From Penicillus capitatus (taxonomy: Eukaryota > Plantae > Chlorophyta): a stretch of 64,000 bases of DNA. Positions 58,289 to 64,000 of the stretch are shown piece after piece; the stretch's first letter is position 1; each line of letters begins with the position of its first letter. Below the pieces are notes generated by a model that worked only from the letters and a program-made list of their open reading frames with translations, had not been told where the DNA came from and ran no database searches. Both the position numbers and the translations under genes were made by a program. The stretch is taken from positions 1,035,101-1,099,100 of the forward strand of contig OZ287696.1 of NCBI GenBank assembly GCA_965649825.1. The letters run 5' to 3'.

Positions 58289-58830
58289 TTGATCGTTTAC
58301 GCTTTTCTCAGTGTGCTAAGCATGCTTTCGATGACTTCGACTGTTGTTTACGATCAAGTTCGTCAGAATCGTCTTCCGATGAGCAGATGGCTCCAAGAAA
58401 TGCGGGAAGTGGAACTGCGTGAACAAACTCACTTTTCTCCTCCACCTCTGACGCTTCCAATTCTTGACTTGTACAAGGCATAAGGCATAGAGATTTCTAG
58501 ATCCTTCCTTTCCTTTAGAACTAACGAAACAGCATCAATAGTTCGAGGATATCGTCGGTAGACGCCTCGTGCACCGCTCAGTAAACAAAGTCGATCATCC
58601 ACATGCAAGTTGTGCGCCTTACAGGCAGACTCGCCTGAGGAGCGTTACAGAAAAGTCGCAATAGATTTCACAACGGATGTAGTGATGCAACCGTTCACGG
58701 TGACGGCCGAATCGAAGTTGATCTCTTTTTGCATCGCGTTCCAATTCAAAGCATCTGGATCTCGATCAAACAGTTGCCTGCAGAGAGAAAGGCTGTTACA
58801 TGATTGGACGTCTTCTTTCTGCCTTTAAGA
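58289..58830 (+). pseudogene. Possible decayed fragment of a TRP-like/ion-channel C-terminal region
   Basis: LSMLSMTSTVVYDQVRQNRLPMSRWLQEMREVE loosely resembles post-S6 IAMM..TY..V....W..Q. Weak similarity only. Confidence 0.25.
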
Positions 58831-59150
58831 GCGACTGTTAGACTTAAATCGTCGAATGATCGTAGAAAAGAACAGTATCTGACTCAACGACTAGCTTCCT
58901 TCAAGGGGAAAGCCATACCTCTCCTTTGCCAACGAGATTTTTCGCCATGCCTGGATGCCGAAATTGAAAGTCGGTGCTTCTTAATGAATTCATTAACGGG
59001 GCCTTGGAATGAGAAATTGGCAGAGGCAGACCACATACTGCTTTAATCTTCCTTATGTATGCCTTGAAGCTTCAGTTCATCAGACACCCATCTCAGCGAG
59101 AAAGAGTTACCGACCACCGAACTCGCAGCCGTCCCTTGAGTTCGTCTGAG

Positions 59151-60405
59151 ATGCCGTCGTACTGGGAAGGGAAGACCTGTTTGGTCACGGGAGGTACCAG
59201 GGGCATTGGCAAGGCGATTGTCGAAGCCTTCGCTGCCGAAGGAGCGCGGGTGTGTCTCGCGATCACGTCGAGATCGTCTTCCATGCGACTATCAGGTCTT
59301 CACCTGTTCACGAAAGGAGCACCAACTCCACGAGACCCTGGCGATATGGAAGGAGAGTGGATACGACGTTCAGGTTGACCCAAAAAGGAATCTGTGGCGT
59401 CTCTCTGCATCTGTCTCTACCCCTGAAGGGATGTGTCTGCGACGTCGGCAACAAGGAAGATCTACAGACAATGGTCCAGAAGGTGCGCTTAGTCGAGGCG
59501 GATGCATTCCTTCGACAAACGCTCCCTTTTCTGATGATGCTTAGGTCGAGAAGTGCTTCGACGGACAGCTGAATGCTCTCGGTGAGTAAGATGCGTCTAC
59601 CTCTGCCGCTGCACATGACATTGTTTCAGTGAACAACGCCGGGCTGAATGTACCACGTAACAGAGCAATAGAGCACGAAGAAACAGTGAGAGACGGCTTC
59701 AATTGGCCGATTTCCATAGGACAGCGTGCATGCATTTCAGGACTACGACTACGTTATGAACATTAACCTCCGTTCCTGTTACGATATATCTCGAGTTTCT
59801 TGATCGACGCAGTGGCACGTCAGACACTGACGGAGCGCGTGTGTAGATGTGCCATTCTATGTTGTGTGCGGGTCGACCTTCGAGCGTGGTGTTGATTGGA
59901 TCTGTCGCCTCATCAAGAGCTTTGTATTCTGGTACACGCTTTGTTCGTGGCATCTGCCAAAGCCATCTTTTGGCCGAGGTTGCATCTATGCCATGGCCAA
60001 AGCATCTTTGAAGCAGCTGGCAATGAACCTGGCATGCGAGTGGGCATTGGACGGCATTCGAGTGAACTGCATCGCTCCCGGCTACATCGATACATCTCTT
60101 CTAACTTCAGTACCTTCATTTTTGGCTCTGCTCGTTCTTCCCCCTGATCCGCATGCATTCGTGACGATAGCTCAAGAAGAAAGAGGGTTTCGTGGACGAT
60201 TTGTTGCGGGAGACGCCGATGAAGCGGATGGGAAAACCGGAAGAGATCGCAAGTCACACTTCAGCTTACAGGGTGTTTCTCAGCGGAAGCGTCGTCTATG
60301 CCCTTAGGCCCTGTGTTGTTCGTCAGCGGACCCGGAGCTTCTTTCATGACAGGACAGACCCTGTACATCGATGGCGGTTTCTCCGTGCGTGGACTCAGAA
60401 TGTGA
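59151..60405 (+). CDS. Short-chain dehydrogenase/reductase, tropinone reductase-like
   Basis: GKTCLVTGGTRGIG, CVCDV, VNNAG, IYAMAKAS (YxxxK), IRVNCIAPGYIDT, TPMKRMGKPEEIA, TGQTLYIDGGFS across about nine short exons. Confidence 0.9.
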
Positions 60406-63400
60406 GACGAACTGGACTTTTTTGAGAAAGGTTTTGTTTTGTTCTGTTCTCCCGAAGCACGTTCGTCGATTGGAGGGTTACCAACTGCAATCAGAGTTCT
60501 AGGTTCTTTCTCCTAAGGATGGATAGGCAAACATACATGCATGTTCACGAATCAGATAGAACTGATTGGCCATCGTCGGTCCGATCAGGCTTCGATTGAT
60601 GAACAATCGATAATAAAAACGTCGATGAGAGATTCGCCGATTAGCGCCTTACGATCGTACGTCTATCGAAGACATCGATGCGATGTAATCATCAAAATGC
60701 AGATAACTCTTGTGCAATTCGCCTGATTCGTGCTTACCAAATCTGATGTCCAGCAATGGCGATCGGTCGACGAGAAAACTTCACAGATCTCTTTTGGTCG
60801 ATCAATAAAGCAATCGCAGTTTATGGTAACGACTTCTTGTACATCGATCAGTGACTGGCTATTCACATCGCGTCGATCATTTGGAATTCGCTATATCCGA
60901 TTGAGTCGACTTTGATTATCGGGAATCGATTCGCTCGGACCGTGGGCGCCGTCGTCAGTTATGAGCGCGTCGAGGCCAGATTCTGAGAGTCGAGACGATA
61001 TCCTTACAGCTCTTAACTCAGAGAATGCGTCGTTTTTAGGCCATGATCAGTTCAATTGATACCGACGTCCTGTGATCTAACAGATACTTCGATTTTCGAT
61101 AAATCGACGATGACGTTCGTCGTCTTGATGGTCTTCGCGTCGATGACGCGACTGATCAACTAACCGCATGGACGAGACAGTGCCGGTCACATCGATCATC
61201 GTCGAGATGTATTCGGCAGAGTTTACATCAAAAAGGGGACATTAAAGTTGGAAGCAGCACAACAGAACAATGTGCAGATCTCAATCAATGACAATGTATC
61301 ATGCATAGCGAGTATGATTGAATTCATAAAGCATTGTTGCTTTGGATAGGATAGGTCCGCACAATCGAAGAAATGGTTGCTTAGGAGTAAGTGAACCATT
61401 GAATTTCTGCATCAGGGAGAAGTCAGAATAGGCAAACATACATTTCATGAAGGAATCGAATTCAATTTCATTGAAGAATGAACGGCAGATGTTAGCATAC
61501 CACATTCGATTCGATTTGGAAATTGGAAATTGGCACTGTCTCTTACTGAAAGCAAGGCTTAGCATTCGACAAATTAAATCTAAAAACGTAAGGCCTCATG
61601 GCCTTTACTTGTTCGTCGTCCTGTAGAAAACAGAGCTGGCTGGATATCGGCGTCGCGTTAAGCAGATTTGGACATGACGTTACCGGGGCCGCTGTTCGGC
61701 AAATCAACCTTTGCGAGCTTGCGTCCTCCTCCTCCTCCTCCTCCTTGGAACGGAGGTCCTGTGAGCCTGCGTCCGTAGATCGGAGGGCGGCGGGCGAGCT
61801 TGCGTCCTCCGGTAGGCATTTCCCAGCCTGCGTCCCAAACTGCGACGACTGTTTTTCGTCCGCAGTCTGATGCATCTAGAGAGTCCGTGTTGTCCTTAGA
61901 GAGCTTCGTTTCACCTGGGTCTCCTTCGCGAAAAACACCCTACCCTAGCAACGTTAGATGATGCGAAAAGCTGCTCACCGTGACCAGCAGCGCACAAAAC
62001 GAGAGCCACTGAGACAAGAACGAAGACACACAAACGCTTGCCGCTTGCCATAGTGCTCGGTCAACACTGCCTCGAGAACTCGAGAAAAAATCAGAGAAAC
62101 AAAGAAACACGCAAAGCGACAAATGGCCTTTGATTTATAAGGTCGCCTAGACAAGAATAGCACAATTCTCTGCGTGTTGTGCTGCTAGGCACTGGGGCGT
62201 TTTCGTCCATAAGCCATGTGCGTACTGTGCTTAGTGTAGACGAATGTCCTTTGGATGCCACGTGTTTTGCACGGCAGTACAGTCCGAGGCAAACGATGCA
62301 ATACTGCATCTCCTTCGACGCGCGAAGAGGTGTGTTAACAGAGCCTTCATGAAAAGCGAGTGACGTCTTCGCTCTGCGGATACCGTATTCCGCGCTTAGC
62401 GGGCAACAGACCTTGCAAAGAATTCACTCTGTCACTCGGTATGGGTATCATCAAACATTCTTCGGATCGAGAGAGAGATATCTGTTTCAAGTTTTCTGCG
62501 TTCGGAACACAGGACAATCCGTGAACCACCTCGCTCTGACATTCATATGTTGCCATGGAGGGAGGTATATTGCAGCAGCTGTTGATGCGATGTAACGATG
62601 CAGAATAGCATTTTCTGCGTATCATGCCACCATCTTGCTAGGTCGATTCTACCGTGAATTTTTTTCTGTTCGTTTTGTGATTGTTCGTTTCTTACCGCCG
62701 ATTTCTGTTGTCACTCACAACTTGCGTCTCCGCACCGAGTCTTGGCATCTATCGATTGCTTGATTTGGAATCTTCGAACTCTTTATCGTAACTTACGTCG
62801 AACTGTGAGATTTATAACGGGTCGGAGGAGAAATCCTGGAACGTCGCTGTCTTTTCCATTGCCAAGACAAGCGGCTCCCTTTGCGAGGAATGTGTGATTG
62901 TGCAGAAGACATCTTCCTGACATCACTGTGTCTATTTATCAATCTGTCAAATCGCGACGCATCTAACACGCCCGGCCCGATTACGCACATGACAGAAAAT
63001 GCATAAGCTCGGCACAGATCACCCAGAAAACACTTTCGACAAGAGTTGTCCAGTGAACGCTAAATTCTGGGACAATTCTTCCTGTGTCGACACACACTAA
63101 ACACTGCGTTCTCCAAAGTTGTACCTTGATATCATGTCATCGATGCGTACAAAAGCCGTATAAGCAATAACGAATCGAAAGCAACAATGAAAGCGACTTC
63201 GATCGATCGCACTTTAGATCTGTCCGATTGTTGTCGAGAGCACTTTTATTCAATCGGGCTTCCTCGATTGTTTTGGTAGTCTGTCGGATTTCGAGTACGC
63301 GCAATCAGATGTTCTTCTCTCTAGTTGATTCGCAGCGAGATCCGATGCGCATCTCTCTTGCTATGCCCAATGAGCGCCGAGAAGTCGTTTTTCCGATCCC

Positions 63401-63650
63401 ATTACAACATGTCAACGTACAAGCAAGACTCGGATGCTCATCTCTGCGCATAGAAGGAAAAACATGTCTTTCGAATCAAGCCATCGCTTCAAGGGATTGA
63501 GAGCATCTGCGAACCGTTTGTACACATGCCCACCAGACGCGGGCGGTTTAGAGGACGCGTTATCGCATCAGCGTCCTCTTGTCGTATTTATGACACGCGT
63601 CTCCGATATTGCATTGTCCCTTTGTCTTTTTTGCTGTCTCCGAGAAAACG

Positions 63651-64000
63651 ATGGCGTGCATGGCATGCAAAGCGTGTGTCTGGCTCTACTGGTTTATCCT
63701 TACAGTGCTCACTGGAACCTATGCTGCGTTGAGCCTTGTCACCTTCTTCAACATCTATCGCGCCTATGATGACGAAAACAACGACAGCAACGAGGAACTC
63801 CGTGCCATTCTCGCAGCCACCATCTTCGGCTGCGTCCTCGTCGCCGCATTCGCCGTCTTCAGTTTTCTCATCCTCGTCGGGAAGACTTTGATGGCAACCG
63901 GCGCCGGTTTTGGCTATGGTCTCCTCCTCTCATCTTCCCTCCACATGGCAGTGACCTCCCTACTCTGCGCGCTCGTGATGCACGGATTCGAAGACGCTGT
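63651..64000 (+). CDS. Multi-pass membrane protein, 5' part (runs off the window; absent from the ORF track)
   Basis: Open frame from ATG 63651: MACMACKACVWLYWFILTVLTGTYAALSLVTFFNIY...ILAATIFGCVLVAAFAVFSFLILVGK...GYGLLLSSSLHMAVTSLLCALVMHGF; three hydrophobic helices. Confidence 0.75.
   Translation, partial: MACMACKACVWLYWFILTVLTGTYAALSLVTFFNIYRAYDDENNDSNEELRAILAATIFGCVLVAAFAVFSFLILVGKTLMATGAGFGYGLLLSSSLHMAVTSLLCALVMHGFEDA

Noticed and set aside
1-64000. Prokaryotic operon, defence island, tRNA/rRNA genes or an intact transposase
   Set aside because: Genes are interrupted by spliceosomal introns and are eukaryote-specific. No tRNA cloverleaf, rRNA, or RT/DDE/HUH motif was recognised by eye.

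Overview
Eukaryotic nuclear DNA from a photosynthetic organism, most likely a green alga (chlorophyte) with a compact genome. This is inferred from plastid-type thioredoxin and ISE2-like genes, many 45-70 nt spliceosomal introns and the standard genetic code; the species cannot be determined. 1-20 kb is a very tightly packed block of housekeeping genes: Trx-m, AP2-like factor, PIG-W, ankyrin/U-box ligase, ASCC2, COA5, ISE2-like helicase and RRP12. 20-53 kb is a rearrangement zone. Two inverted duplications (14.6-20.2 kb vs 40.3-42.6 kb; 20.3-24.7 kb vs 44.0-48.4 kb) occur in a permuted order that fits a staggered-break inversion, with reciprocal gene loss between the copies. The zone also holds a mosaic cassette of gene fragments (TFIIIC-like, TMEM184-like), three arrays of ~60-nt hairpins, a four-copy unknown sequence family, minisatellites and decayed ORFs. 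Inside it lies an apparently intact in-frame fusion of a PDE12-type deadenylase with a YrdC/Sua5 t6A enzyme, the strongest candidate for new biology. 53-64 kb holds a zf-CW protein, a CPBP fragment, an SDR and the start of a membrane protein. All calls are by eye from motifs and hand-spliced exons; gene boundaries are approximate and no database searches were run.
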